NCBI GenBank assembly: GCA_024403365.1
Contig: JAKSRX010000001.1
Span: 401 to 64,400 of the forward strand
Origin: Acetatifactor sp.
GTDB taxonomy: Bacteria; Bacillota; Clostridia; Lachnospirales; Lachnospiraceae
Reading direction: 5' to 3'
Length of the DNA: 64,000 bases
The stretch's first letter is position 1. Every line of letters starts with the position of its first letter. This document shows, piece by piece, positions 1 to 10,651 of this stretch. A model generated the notes under the pieces. That model made no database searches, was not told the origin of the DNA, and saw only the letters and a list, made by a program, of their open reading frames with translations. The position numbers and the translations under genes were made by a program.

Positions 1-1
1 A

Positions 2-2149
2 CTGTACCAGGAAATTATATGCAGAACTGCCCTCCTGATAGAGTCCCATCTGCAAGAATCGGTCAGCCAACTGATAGATGTTACGTGCCACTGCGGGGCC
101 ATATAAAGTAACATCCTTGCCTTCCTTTTCCAGAATAATATAGCCTCTGAAAGCCAGATCTGTCTTATAATAACTAGCAGGAAGTCCCACCAGAACCGAT
201 ACAAAATGATAACGGTTATTTACAGTCTCAAATACCAGATCTGTCAGATTTCCGGCTGCATCTTTGCCATATACCATACCGCTTTGCACGTTGTTTCCGC
301 CCTTGATCATGGGTGCTTTAGCGCGCAGCGAATCTTCCATTACCAGAGTACCATATTCTTTCAGTTTGTAACCGGAGGCACCGCTTTCGCTAGTTAGCTG
401 TCCTCTGAGATCTACATCGATTCCTGTGAAGAAACGGATACCGCTTCTTCCGGTAATTCGGATAGAGAAGCCTTCATAGCTCAGCAGATCCTCCAATTCC
501 GGCTCCGCAGTCACGGTATAGGCATTATTCTCATACTTCAGGCTCCACACATACATACCGGTAGGTACATTGGAAGCATTGTATTTGTACATTACCACGG
601 TCTTCGCTTCCTTGTCGGGAGCTGTCACAGTGATCTTGCCTTCCGCAGCTTTTCCGGTGTACTCCACGCCATCCAGCCAAAGAGAGGTCTCACCATATCC
701 CTGGGGAATGGTCACCTGAATATCCAGACTCTCTACAGGCGGCTCGGGTGTCTCGGGCTTCGGCTCACCACAGGCTTCCGCGGGCATATTTTCATACACG
801 GGGATCTTGAATACAAAGGTGCTCTCCAGCGCCCCGGCACTCTCATACAGCTTGTAGATCTTCGCGCCCTCTGTGGTAGGTGCGGAAATGTTCTGCATGT
901 ACTGATGGGTATACAGCGCGTAAGCGCCGTTGGGATTCACATTGAATTTCTGCAGGTACAGGGTATCCTGCCCCTTCTTGATGTAACCGGAGGAAATAAA
1001 GTCCGCGCCGCCTAAGATCGCAGCGTAAGGATTATTCCAACCATGCTCCTTTGCATAGGTAAGACCCTTTCGGATCACCTCCGCATTGGTAGTACCGGTA
1101 GCATTGATATTGAAATAGTTATAATAGCCTTCAAATCCGGGATAAGTTCCGGAGATCAGAGGGGAAGTTCCGGCTCCCTGCTCCTGCATAACTCTGGCTG
1201 CCAGATGGAAGGGGCTTACCTCTCGTCCTTCCTCCTTGCCGATGTAATAAAACATCTGGGCATAGGTCAGTGCAAGGCCCGGTGCAGGCTTCGTGCTGGT
1301 CATGAAAGTATTTGCCAGGATCTTATCCAAAGCCTCCAGGGTATGATTCTCCGCATTGTAGGTCAGCTGTTCAAACTGGAAGATATTCTCTTCTGTCAGA
1401 CCGTTTCTGGGATCCACATACTTTTTAACTGCAGGTTCGGTAGCATAATACCAGTTGCCGGAATCATACAACTCGCCCTTTGCCCAATCGGGGAAGGTCT
1501 TGTACACCAGGCTTCTGGAGCTCTTCATTTCACCGGCGATCACATCGTTCCACTGCAGAGTAGTATTCATTTTGACGAAGGTCCAGGTCGGATGCTTTTC
1601 CTTCAAGGCAGTCAGTGCCCCGCGGTAACTCTCCGGGAACTGCTCAATGTCCACATAAGTCTTCGGTCCCTCTGCCTCTTCGCCCAAGGCAAAGGTGGTG
1701 AAGCTCATATTCAGGCCGTACATCGCTTCCCACTCCAGGAATCTGCTGTCAGCCACGGCCAGATGATCTCTGTCAACGTAACCTTCGTACTGCTCTCCGT
1801 TGTATTCCAGTGCCACCTTCATCCAGAAGACTGCATCGTCATCCAGATAGAAGTCCTTGATCAGGACCTGCTGACCACTGAGGACTGTTACTGCTGCCTC
1901 GCTGTCATAGCCGGGCTCTTTCAGTACGGGATAGGAATCCGCCAGATAGACCAGTGCCATGATATCTCGCTCTTCTGCGATGGCTGTCAGGGCATCCCCT
2001 GCTTCCTCCAGGTATTCCCCGTAAAACTCATAAGATTCCTCGGAACACCTTGCTGCCATGGCAGTCATGGAATTCATTCCCACATTTGACAGTGCCAGTG
2101 CCGCCGTCAAAATCATGATCTGTATTTTTTTCCAAATTCTATTCTTCAT
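2..2149 (-). CDS. Secreted peptidoglycan hydrolase (GH73/LytD-like glucosaminidase) with Pro-rich linker and C-terminal surface domains; 3' end runs off the window
   Basis: Not in the ORF track because no stop is in the window. Hand translation from ATG 2149: signal peptide MKNRIWKKIQIMILTAALALSNVG...AMA, then SPFHLAARVMQEQG, GYYNYFNINA, GQDTLYLQKFN, THQYMQNI (glucosaminidase-type motifs), linker PKPETPEPPV, open to base 2. Confidence 0.75.
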   Translation of the reverse strand, partial: MKNRIWKKIQIMILTAALALSNVGMNSMTAMAARCSEESYEFYGEYLEEAGDALTAIAEERDIMALVYLADSYPVLKEPGYDSEAAVTVLSGQQVLIKDFYLDDDAVFWMKVALEYNGEQYEGYVDRDHLAVADSRFLEWEAMYGLNMSFTTFALGEEAEGPKTYVDIEQFPESYRGALTALKEKHPTWTFVKMNTTLQWNDVIAGEMKSSRSLVYKTFPDWAKGELYDSGNWYYATEPAVKKYVDPRNGLTEENIFQFEQLTYNAENHTLEALDKILANTFMTSTKPAPGLALTYAQMFYYIGKEEGREVSPFHLAARVMQEQGAGTSPLISGTYPGFEGYYNYFNINATGTTNAEVIRKGLTYAKEHGWNNPYAAILGGADFISSGYIKKGQDTLYLQKFNVNPNGAYALYTHQYMQNISAPTTEGAKIYKLYESAGALESTFVFKIPVYENMPAEACGEPKPETPEPPVESLDIQVTIPQGYGETSLWLDGVEYTGKAAEGKITVTAPDKEAKTVVMYKYNASNVPTGMYVWSLKYENNAYTVTAEPELEDLLSYEGFSIRITGRSGIRFFTGIDVDLRGQLTSESGASGYKLKEYGTLVMEDSLRAKAPMIKGGNNVQSGMVYGKDAAGNLTDLVFETVNNRYHFVSVLVGLPASYYKTDLAFRGYIILEKEGKDVTLYGPAVARNIYQLADRFLQMGLYQEGSSAYNFLVQ

Positions 2150-2223
2150 AGGTACCCTTTCTCTGAGATATTTCAGTGTAAGCGTATCATATTTTTCTGT
2201 TTAAAAGAGAATCCAAATTCTTC

Positions 2224-3243
2224 CTAACCCCGTCCCTTCGCCTTCTGCAGCAGCGCATGGACCTGTCTGAGGCCCTTGGGCGCTATGGCGAAAAGAGTAT
2301 GATAGATCTTGTTTTTCTTAGTCAGAATGGGGTTTCTCATAGCCTTTCCCCAATTGGAACGCATATAGGAAACAATGTCGCGATACATTTGATTGCTTCC
2401 CGTCATCTGCAGGATAGGAATATGCAGAAGATAATCCAATCTCTGGAAAATACCGAAGCGGAAGGCAATGTCGGAAAGTTCCGGGTAGGAATTTCGTACC
2501 ATTTCGGCCACCATATCCGCATTCACTACATTGTCGGTATATACTCTGGAGAACTCGTTCTTACTTTCTTTTCTGGAGTTGCTGCCCACGCGGTAGAACA
2601 CGTGGTAAGTATGTCCGGGCAGGGATGCTACGGCGCCGCTGTGCTCCAGCATCTGCACCAGGAGATGAAAGTCCTCATTCAATACACCCACAGGGAAACT
2701 GTTACCCTCGCCTGCATTCTCAAGACTGTCACGAAAAAACAGATCTCTTGCCACCAGCTTCGTGCAGAAGGAGCAATCTCCTCTGTGCATCAAAAGTTCT
2801 TTCAAGAAATCCTTCGCCGAAATACATTCCTCGGTCTCGGGCGGGATACTGATATCCGGCAAAACCTCTCCCTCGGGAGTGATCTCGTCTCTGCCTACCT
2901 GGGCGATCTTCACCCCATAGGTCTCTATCGCCCGATGGAGTCTTTCATACATGTCCGGATCTACATAGTCATCACTGTCCACAAAGCCCAGATAATCTCC
3001 TGTGGCAGACAGGATTCCTAAGTTTCTTGCAGAGGAAGAGCCGCCGTTGGGCTTATGGATCACACGGATCCTGGCATCTCCTTCCGCCAGTCTGTCGCAG
3101 AGTTCCCCGCTTCCGTCGGTGGAACCGTCATCCACCAGCAGGATCTCCAATTCGGGATAGGTCTGCGCCTGCAAACTTTCCACGCACTTGGGCAGATATG
3201 CTTTTGTATTATATACCGGTACGATCACTGTGATCTTGTCCAA
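2224..3243 (-). CDS. Glycosyltransferase family 2
   Basis: ITVIVPVYN, VDDGSTD, SARNLG, FVDSDD; TTG start with GAAAGGAG RBS. Confidence 0.92.
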   Translation of the reverse strand: MDKITVIVPVYNTKAYLPKCVESLQAQTYPELEILLVDDGSTDGSGELCDRLAEGDARIRVIHKPNGGSSSARNLGILSATGDYLGFVDSDDYVDPDMYERLHRAIETYGVKIAQVGRDEITPEGEVLPDISIPPETEECISAKDFLKELLMHRGDCSFCTKLVARDLFFRDSLENAGEGNSFPVGVLNEDFHLLVQMLEHSGAVASLPGHTYHVFYRVGSNSRKESKNEFSRVYTDNVVNADMVAEMVRNSYPELSDIAFRFGIFQRLDYLLHIPILQMTGSNQMYRDIVSYMRSNWGKAMRNPILTKKNKIYHTLFAIAPKGLRQVHALLQKAKGRG

Positions 3244-3282
3244 GTCGCGCTCCTTTCGCCGAATCGGCTTACTTTTTTATCA

Positions 3283-4500
3283 TCAGTTCTTTTTCATCAG
3301 ATAGGAAAACATTTTCCGCTCTCCGATCACCTTGGCAGGGCTGCAGGGGCCTTCGCTCCAGGCAGCGTCTCCCTCTGTTACTTCGCAGCTTTGGGGCTGT
3401 AAAAATCCGAGCTTCAGGCAGAGTTTCAAAAGTCTGTCCGCAGCATTTTCCGCATTCCAAAGTCCGGTGATGCGTCCGTATGCTGTTTCTCCCAACTGTC
3501 TGGTGAATGCCTGATTTTCCACCAGTCTTGCAACTATATCAAACAAAGCCTGATCTTCTTTGTCTCGATAGATCATGCCGCATTTTTCATGTTCCAACAG
3601 GTAAGGCACCGCCCCCACCATGTGGTTTCCCACCACGGCGCAACCGCTGTTCATAGCCTCATTGACCACCGCTCCCCAGCCTTCGCCACGGTCACTGGTC
3701 ATCAGATAAATATTGCTCTGTTCCATCAACTCCCGCACTTCCGCGGGCTTTTTGAATCCATGGAGGGTAACATATTCCTGGAGTTCACACTGTTTCACCA
3801 GTTCCTCCACCACAGGCATCATTTCACCGCCACCCACTACATCCAGGTGGAACTTCAGTCCTCTTCCGCGAAGCTCTGCTGCCACCTTGATGGGCAGTTC
3901 CGGATGCTTCCAGTCTATCATTCTGGCTGCCCAAAGGATCTTAGGCACCGCATTTGCAGCCTTTTTCTCCATCAGGGCCTTGATATCATAGGTCTTTGTC
4001 TCAGGGAAATATCCCCACACGTACATTTTATTCGGATATGCACGCACGATGGAAAAGTCGGAAGGCACATATGCTCCGGAGCAAAGCAGGATCACCGGAT
4101 CCTTGCCGTGTCTGGTGTGATCATGATACTTCTTCATCAGACCTCTGGGGGAAACACACTTCCACTGTCCCTCCTTGTAGAGGCGCTCACTGTAACGCAC
4201 CACCGGCTTTTTCTCTTCCAGACGTTTCTCGATATAGGTCTCATCATCGGTTCCGCCGAACAATACCACCTCCGCGTCAAGGATCAGCTGTCTGCTTCTT
4301 TCGGGATCCTCCTGAAACATGCGCAGATAGGGTTTCTCGTTTTCCGCATTCCACCCCATGGCAATACGCTCCTGCTCCACTTCCTCGGTCTGCAGGAACA
4401 CAAAGCTTCCCTGCAGTCTCTCGTACATGGCATCACAGAAGGGGATCTGATGATGATTCAAATAATTGGATACAAATACAAAACGGATCGTCTCAGTCAT
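3283..4500 (-). CDS. Glycosyltransferase family 4 (GT-B)
   Basis: ARMIDWKHP; EGWGAVVNEAM EX7E motif. Confidence 0.9.
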   Translation of the reverse strand: MTETIRFVFVSNYLNHHQIPFCDAMYERLQGSFVFLQTEEVEQERIAMGWNAENEKPYLRMFQEDPERSRQLILDAEVVLFGGTDDETYIEKRLEEKKPVVRYSERLYKEGQWKCVSPRGLMKKYHDHTRHGKDPVILLCSGAYVPSDFSIVRAYPNKMYVWGYFPETKTYDIKALMEKKAANAVPKILWAARMIDWKHPELPIKVAAELRGRGLKFHLDVVGGGEMMPVVEELVKQCELQEYVTLHGFKKPAEVRELMEQSNIYLMTSDRGEGWGAVVNEAMNSGCAVVGNHMVGAVPYLLEHEKCGMIYRDKEDQALFDIVARLVENQAFTRQLGETAYGRITGLWNAENAADRLLKLCLKLGFLQPQSCEVTEGDAAWSEGPCSPAKVIGERKMFSYLMKKN

Positions 4501-4522
4501 TTACCAGGCCTCCGACTGATTT

Positions 4523-5887
4523 CTATTTTCTGGCTGCGCTGACGATGGCGGTATACACTGCCACGGTCTGTGCATAGTTACGGTCTCTGTCATGATTCCT
4601 GCTTGCATGTCCTGCTGCATTCTCACAGTAATACGCCTGCTTCTCCTCGTCATCCCACATGGCAAGGACTGCCTCTGCCAGATGATCGGAGACCTCCTCC
4701 AGATCGGTGCAGGTGTCCACACGGTCATAACTGTTTGCAGGGCTTTTACAGCCGGGATAGAGGATACCGTCCTCACCATCGGTGAAGATGCCTGTCACAC
4801 CGCCCACCTCTGCGCTGACACAGGGCATACCTAAGATCATTGCCTCTCCCAGGGAATTGGGGGAATTCTCGATGGAGGAAGGGCACACGAAGAGATGACT
4901 CTTCAGATACTGTTCCTTCATCTGTGCGCCGGTGAGTTTGCCAAGGATCGTCACCTTTCCCTCCAGATGATTCTCACGGATCAACTGACGAAGATACTTG
5001 CCGTAAGCGGATATCTTGATCTTATCCTTCAGTGTCTCGTAGTTAACCAGACTGTTTCCGGCCACGAATACCTGCGCATCGGGATACTTCTTTAGGATCT
5101 TCGGCATAGCCTTCAACATATAATGGAAACCCTTGATAGGGTAATCGCCCTGACTTAAGAAGATGGAATGGGGGATGCAGTTTGCTCTCTCCCATCGACC
5201 TTCGTAAAACATGCTGCGGAGGGTCTCCCGCATCTCGAAATATCTCACACCGGGGTTCCATTCCAGTGCGTAGTGATAATCCCAGGGGGTTCTGCCGCCT
5301 ACATTTCCCGCCAGCTTCACCGCCTCGATCTCGTAGGCGCCGCGTTTTACATACTTCTCCTGCTGCATAAGCAGGGTATCCTTTTTCAGCCAGTCGCGGA
5401 AGGTAACGGATCTTTTCACCTTCTCCTCCAGGTCTGCAAAGTACACGTTGGCGTATACACTGCACAATCCCTGGATGGTGATCAGGATCTGTTTCTTGTT
5501 CTCATAGGCACGGCACATTGCCAGCGTATGAGGATACTCCGTGCCGAAGCAGTGGATCATATCCGGATGGAAATCTCCGGTGATCTTCTTCATGCTCTCT
5601 TCCAGTCCGGCGTCATAATGCTCGGGATGTACCGTATCCTCCGCAAATCCGTACCCGATGACAGTCTCGTTGTTCACCGTCACAGTTCTTTTCAGGAACT
5701 TATGATCCTTGGGAAGAAGTTCGGCGGGTACCGGAAACGCAATGGCCAGATCGATGCCGTTCTCTGCCTTTCTGCGAAGCAGGACTTCAGCCAGACCGGT
5801 GATCCAGCCCTCCTTGTTGGAGGCTTCCATATGCAGTTGTTCGGCGATCGCCGGTAACATCACATTACACAACCATAAAACTTTCAT
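4523..5887 (-). CDS. Glycosyltransferase family 4 (GT-B)
   Basis: MKVLWLCN start; YPIKG; ENSPNSLGEAM EX7E motif. Confidence 0.9.
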   Translation of the reverse strand: MKVLWLCNVMLPAIAEQLHMEASNKEGWITGLAEVLLRRKAENGIDLAIAFPVPAELLPKDHKFLKRTVTVNNETVIGYGFAEDTVHPEHYDAGLEESMKKITGDFHPDMIHCFGTEYPHTLAMCRAYENKKQILITIQGLCSVYANVYFADLEEKVKRSVTFRDWLKKDTLLMQQEKYVKRGAYEIEAVKLAGNVGGRTPWDYHYALEWNPGVRYFEMRETLRSMFYEGRWERANCIPHSIFLSQGDYPIKGFHYMLKAMPKILKKYPDAQVFVAGNSLVNYETLKDKIKISAYGKYLRQLIRENHLEGKVTILGKLTGAQMKEQYLKSHLFVCPSSIENSPNSLGEAMILGMPCVSAEVGGVTGIFTDGEDGILYPGCKSPANSYDRVDTCTDLEEVSDHLAEAVLAMWDDEEKQAYYCENAAGHASRNHDRDRNYAQTVAVYTAIVSAARK

Positions 5888-5900
5888 GCATTACTCCAAA

Positions 5901-6716
5901 CTAACGGTACAAAAGTTTCTTGAACTTCTGGTACCACTTTCCGAGATAAGGATTCTCCGCCATCCATGTGCGGAGGGGCTGCAGGGTCAGAAGCATCACA
6001 GAGCGATACTTGAAAAGCTGTCCCTTGCTCATGTACTGCGCCACGATCTCCTTATGCTCTTTTGCCGACAGGGCACGATTCTCCTTGGTCTCGGAGAAAC
6101 CACCACCCTCATATTCAGATAAGACGACATCTATATACTTCGGGTTTGCTTTTTTCTCAAAAAAGCACCACAGAAAATGTTCATAGTCCGCGCGGATCTT
6201 GTACTCCGTGCGATAGCCCCTCTCTTCGAAAAGGCTTCTGTGGTAAACACAGGCCTGATGACAGGGTACATGACGATAGCAGCCGAAGGCATCCATATGG
6301 GGATTGGACTTCACACGACTCCGGCGAAGCATATCACAGACATCACCGTAATAGATCAGTGAACCGGGCTGTTCCTCCACACCCTTCATAAAGGTCTCCA
6401 GTGTGGTCGCTTCCGGCAATCGGTCGCCGCAGTTTAGGAAGTAGAAATATTCCCCCTGAGCTGCCTTTGTGGCCTGATTCATACCGTCGTAGATGCCTGT
6501 GTCTCCCTGGGAGATCACATGCACCTGTGCGGCCTTGCCCGCATCTGCAGTCTCAAGAAAAGCCTGCAATTCCTGGAGGGAACCATCCGTGGAGCCCGCA
6601 TCCTTGATCACGATCTCCCAGTCGGTGTATGTTTGCTGAAAAACTGTTTTCACAGTCTCTGTCAATTTGCTGCCGGAATGATAGCAGACAGTAATAATAC
6701 TTAATTTACGCATCAA
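5901..6716 (-). CDS. Glycosyltransferase family 2 (WcaE/WfgS-like)
   Basis: LSIITVCY, DAGSTDG, DTGIYDGMN, FLNCGD, CHQA, ADYE. Confidence 0.9.
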   Translation of the reverse strand: MMRKLSIITVCYHSGSKLTETVKTVFQQTYTDWEIVIKDAGSTDGSLQELQAFLETADAGKAAQVHVISQGDTGIYDGMNQATKAAQGEYFYFLNCGDRLPEATTLETFMKGVEEQPGSLIYYGDVCDMLRRSRVKSNPHMDAFGCYRHVPCHQACVYHRSLFEERGYRTEYKIRADYEHFLWCFFEKKANPKYIDVVLSEYEGGGFSETKENRALSAKEHKEIVAQYMSKGQLFKYRSVMLLTLQPLRTWMAENPYLGKWYQKFKKLLYR

Positions 6717-7509
6717 TACCCTCCGCCTTGATTCGCTTGCCTTCCTTCACTCCCTGCATCAGGAGTCCGTAAGCCTTGTACCAGGGGATCTCCGTGCACA
6801 TCACCTTGCGCTTGGTGAAGGTGAAACGAAATCCCCAGAGGAAAGCCAGCTTCCCGTACAGGAAATGATAGAGCACGCCTCTGTCAAAAAAGAATTTCTC
6901 GTGATAACCGCTAAACCAGGTGGAAGGTCTGGGGATCTCTTCCCCGATCCTCACCGGTGTTTTGTATAATTTCAGTCCGGCGCTCAAGCAGTCTCTGATA
7001 AACAGGCTGTCCTCGCCGTTGCTGAATCTGGCGCCGCCGCCAAACAGCAGAGAGTACCGAACGCCTGCTGCCATGAGCTTGTCTCTGCGAAACGCCATGC
7101 TGTAAGCAGGATATCTGCCGCAGTTCATCTTACCTACCGGTCCGAAAGAATCGTTCTGATAAGTCTTGCGGGAGGGATCTACATCCACCTGGAACAGCAG
7201 TCCGTCTGCTTCCGGATGGGCATCGAACTCCGCCTGGATCTTCTCCGCATAGCCATCCTCGTACACGATGTCCTCATCGCTGAAAACACAGATAGCCTGA
7301 CCGGATCTCTCCAAAGCCAGGTTTCTGCTGCGTCCTACGCCGCGCTCTTCTCTGTAAACAGCCGTGATGGTTCCGGTGGGCAGATCGAAGGTCTCCTCTC
7401 CGGTCTCCCCGCACTGGTCCACGATCACTGCGTGAGAAGCAATATGCATTTTTTCAACCAATTCCCGCACGTTTGCATTCATGCAGGATACCAGTAACTC
7501 TACTGCCAT
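6706..7509 (-). CDS. Glycosyltransferase family 2 (GT-A)
   Basis: ERGVGRSRNLAL, FSDED DxD motif, GEDSLF; overlaps the next gene by 11 nt. Confidence 0.85.
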   Translation of the reverse strand: MAVELLVSCMNANVRELVEKMHIASHAVIVDQCGETGEETFDLPTGTITAVYREERGVGRSRNLALERSGQAICVFSDEDIVYEDGYAEKIQAEFDAHPEADGLLFQVDVDPSRKTYQNDSFGPVGKMNCGRYPAYSMAFRRDKLMAAGVRYSLLFGGGARFSNGEDSLFIRDCLSAGLKLYKTPVRIGEEIPRPSTWFSGYHEKFFFDRGVLYHFLYGKLAFLWGFRFTFTKRKVMCTEIPWYKAYGLLMQGVKEGKRIKAEGIDA

Positions 7510-7525
7510 ACTCGTCCTCTCACCC

Positions 7526-8995
7526 TTACAGGGAAGTAAAGGTATCCTTGCCCTCCGGTTTGGATGCTTCTTTCTGATCGATCTCGCTCTTCAGAGCCGT
7601 TACCTGCTCCGCCTCAACACCTTCGGTGCTGTCAGGCCAGAAGATGACCTTGATGGTGAGCATCATCAGTTTCAGATCCAACCACAGGGAATAATTTTCG
7701 ATATAAGTCAGGTCAAGCTTCAGCTTGTCGTAAGGTGTGGTGTTATATTTGCCGTACACCTGGGCAAAACCTGCAAGACCGGCCTTCACCTTCATACGGA
7801 ATGCAAACTCGGGCATCACTTCCATATACTGGGCAATGATCTCGGGACGCTCCGGTCTGGGGCCGATAAAGGACATGTCGCCGCGCAGGATATTTACCAA
7901 CTGAGGCAGTTCATCGATCCTGCACTTACGGATAAACTTGCCGATGGGCGTGATTCTGTCGTCATTTTTCTGCGCCAGTCTTGCCACACCGTCCTTCTCT
8001 GCGTCGGTCCTCATGCTTCGGAATTTCATAATATAGAATTCACGCTGATCCATGGTACATCTCACCTGCTTATAGAGAACAGGTCCTCTGTCGTAAAGTT
8101 TGATTGCGATGGCTGTGATCAGCATAAAAGGAGATGCCAGGATCAACAAGATCAGAGAGCAGATGATATCCACAGCTCTCTTGAAAAATCTCTGCTCCAT
8201 GGAAAGGCTGTATTCTCTGGTGAGCAGCAGGGGGCTGTCGAATACATGCAATTCCTCCGCACCCATCAGGATCACGTCACTGATCTTGGGAAGCAAGTAT
8301 ACGCGGATGCTCTTGCCGTAGCAATACTTTAACAGAGGCTCTCTCTCCACGCCGGAGATATCACCCAGTACCACTGCGCTGCACTCATCTGCCGCATAAG
8401 CTTCCTCGATGAATGTACAGATCTTCTCAAAACCTTCCTTGATGTGAATGGTCTTGGTCACTACATACTTATCCGCTCTGCTCTCGAATTTGCTGATCAG
8501 GTCAGCCGCAGGTCTGTCGCCGTGTACCAGCAATAGTTTTCTCGGCGGGAACAGGTGTTGATACACCCGGTTGATCACATTGATATATAGCAAAATGATC
8601 ACCGTCTGTTCTGCCGTCAGCACCAGGAACATTTTCACCACGAACAGTTCATGAGCCATGATAGACAGCTGAATATACAGTATCACGTTGGCCAGGATCG
8701 TGGATAACACCTGGGAGAAAACGATCTCCGCATTCTTCTGATAGCCCAGTCGCATACCTCCGTAGGTAGCTGACAGGAAGATCAACATCAATCCGTACAG
8801 AGCCAGTTCCGCTATGGTCGCCTTGGACCACAGGTTACGAAGGCCTTCTACCAAACTCAGTCTGAAATAGGTCCACCAGTGGTAACCGAACACGCCGATC
8901 TCCATGCCTAAGCAGATACCCACCAGTCCTAAATTGATCACTCTCTTAAAGGTTTCTCTTTTTCTGATCTTAATTCCGTTTGCTCCAATATTCAA
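7526..8995 (-). CDS. Priming sugar-phosphate transferase (CpsE/WcaJ family polyprenyl glycosylphosphotransferase)
   Basis: N-terminal TMs; KRAVD, KFRSM, DDRITPIGKFIRKCRIDELPQ, GDMSFIGPRPE, DLTYI; TTG start with GGAGG RBS. Confidence 0.93.
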   Translation of the reverse strand: MNIGANGIKIRKRETFKRVINLGLVGICLGMEIGVFGYHWWTYFRLSLVEGLRNLWSKATIAELALYGLMLIFLSATYGGMRLGYQKNAEIVFSQVLSTILANVILYIQLSIMAHELFVVKMFLVLTAEQTVIILLYINVINRVYQHLFPPRKLLLVHGDRPAADLISKFESRADKYVVTKTIHIKEGFEKICTFIEEAYAADECSAVVLGDISGVEREPLLKYCYGKSIRVYLLPKISDVILMGAEELHVFDSPLLLTREYSLSMEQRFFKRAVDIICSLILLILASPFMLITAIAIKLYDRGPVLYKQVRCTMDQREFYIMKFRSMRTDAEKDGVARLAQKNDDRITPIGKFIRKCRIDELPQLVNILRGDMSFIGPRPERPEIIAQYMEVMPEFAFRMKVKAGLAGFAQVYGKYNTTPYDKLKLDLTYIENYSLWLDLKLMMLTIKVIFWPDSTEGVEAEQVTALKSEIDQKEASKPEGKDTFTSL

Positions 8996-9064
8996 AATCG
9001 GAACCCTCCAAATCTATATTACTTATCAGCGAAAAAAACATTTCTTTCCGCCCATTGTAGCACA

Positions 9065-9823
9065 CTACACACGTCTCTTCACAGCCCGAAATGCCCAGAA
9101 GCAAAAATACCAGGCACTGCGGAAAACATCTAGCTTCTCTGCTTTGCGGTAGAGATTCCAGATACGACGGATCGCTCTGAACTTGTTGGATGACAGAGAC
9201 TTCGACGGTCTGCGGTAGGTCACCAGATTCTCATCCAGTCCGTAGGCTGCGTAACCTTTTCTCAATATCTTCCACCAGAGAGCGGTATCTTCACTCTCAA
9301 TGATCGGCATCTCCAGCAGGCTCTTTTCGATCTTCTCTGTATCAAACATGACTGTAGAGGTGAAGATCGTGGTATTTTTCAATGCCTGCTTGTAGGTTAA
9401 TTTCTCAGGCACATGTACCACCTTGCCGGTACCCACTGCGTTCTCATCTCCGAACTCATAGCCGGTGAAGGCAAAGGCCGCTTCCTTCGACGTCAGGAAT
9501 GCGATCTCCTTCTCCAGTTTGTCCGGATTCCACAGATCATCCGCATCCAGGTAGGTGATAAATCTTCCCTTTGCCTCAGTCAGAGCTTTATTGCGGGCTC
9601 TGGCGGCTCCCAGCTTGTCCGGGCTGGTGATCAGTCGGATCCTGGTCTCCTGTCTCTCACGGATGTAATTTTCGATCACGGATACCGTGGCGTCCTTGCT
9701 GGAATCCTCCACCATCAGAAGTTCCCAGTTTTCATAGGTCTGCGCTACCACGCAATCCATAGTGGCTGTGATAAATTTTTCAGCGTTGTATACGGGCATC
9801 ACGATGCTGACTAACTCGTTCAT
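9065..9823 (-). CDS. Glycosyltransferase family 2 (TuaG-like)
   Basis: VSIVMPVYN, GAARARN, YLDADDLW, EDTALW, SLSSNK. Confidence 0.9.
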   Translation of the reverse strand: MNELVSIVMPVYNAEKFITATMDCVVAQTYENWELLMVEDSSKDATVSVIENYIRERQETRIRLITSPDKLGAARARNKALTEAKGRFITYLDADDLWNPDKLEKEIAFLTSKEAAFAFTGYEFGDENAVGTGKVVHVPEKLTYKQALKNTTIFTSTVMFDTEKIEKSLLEMPIIESEDTALWWKILRKGYAAYGLDENLVTYRRPSKSLSSNKFRAIRRIWNLYRKAEKLDVFRSAWYFCFWAFRAVKRRV

Positions 9824-9844
9824 TCTTGACCCTTTCTGATCTCC

Positions 9845-10651
9845 TTACCGGATACGGGTAAGCAGGTAATATTTTTCGAAAAGCACTGCCTTCTTCTCAT
9901 ACTCCGTCAGGAATATTTCCAAACTATCTTCTCTGACTTCCATGGGAAGCAGGATGCAGTTCACGCCCCGGTTCACCACCGTTTCCAGACATTCATCGTC
10001 GGGAATACGCTCATACCAGGTGGTGTGCTCTATCCAGAAATGCGCCTCCTGCAGATCCTCGGAATATACGTCATATGCATAAGCATTGAGGTGGTTGTCC
10101 CACATATTTCTGCCATAGAGCAGTTCTATGCTGCCGTCCAGAGCTCTTGTCTTGGCAAGCACTTCCTCCGGTGCCCACAGTTTCACCGTTTCGTCGGCAC
10201 AGTTTTCCTTCACGGAAGTAAGAATGGTCTTCACCTCTCCCGTGGTCAGTGCCTTGGGATCCACTGCCTTCTTTCCCAGACCGCTGCTGATGGCCAGGAT
10301 TCCCAGAAGCATCAGCACCACTGCCGCTTTCACTCTCTTGTCGGAAGTGTATTCCTTCAAATGATCCTCTAAGAAAAGCACTGCCGCAAAAGCACAAAAA
10401 CAGGTCATGGGCACCATGGTCCAGATCCACTGGTAGTCAAAGAATATGGTCTGATACAGCATCAAGATCGCCGCCATCACCGGGAAAATACACAACACCG
10501 CAGCAATGGTTGTATAAAGCAGGAACGTCTGCTGTTTTACTTTCTTTCTCTGGAACAGCAGAAACAGTAACGCTGCCAGAAAAACTCCCGCCAGTTTGCC
10601 GGCGGTAATAAATTCTCCCCAACCGTTCCAGGCACTCTTCAGATAACTCAT
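9845..10651 (-). CDS. Membrane protein of the polysaccharide locus (about 4 TMs plus a soluble C-terminal domain)
   Basis: Hydrophobic N-half, LLYGRNMWD motif; 4-nt overlap with the upstream gene. Confidence 0.7.
   Translation of the reverse strand: MSYLKSAWNGWGEFITAGKLAGVFLAALLFLLFQRKKVKQQTFLLYTTIAAVLCIFPVMAAILMLYQTIFFDYQWIWTMVPMTCFCAFAAVLFLEDHLKEYTSDKRVKAAVVLMLLGILAISSGLGKKAVDPKALTTGEVKTILTSVKENCADETVKLWAPEEVLAKTRALDGSIELLYGRNMWDNHLNAYAYDVYSEDLQEAHFWIEHTTWYERIPDDECLETVVNRGVNCILLPMEVREDSLEIFLTEYEKKAVLFEKYYLLTRIR

Noticed and set aside
1043-2089. 348-aa plus-strand ORF
   Set aside because: Antisense shadow of the minus-strand glucosaminidase that the ORF track missed; no motifs
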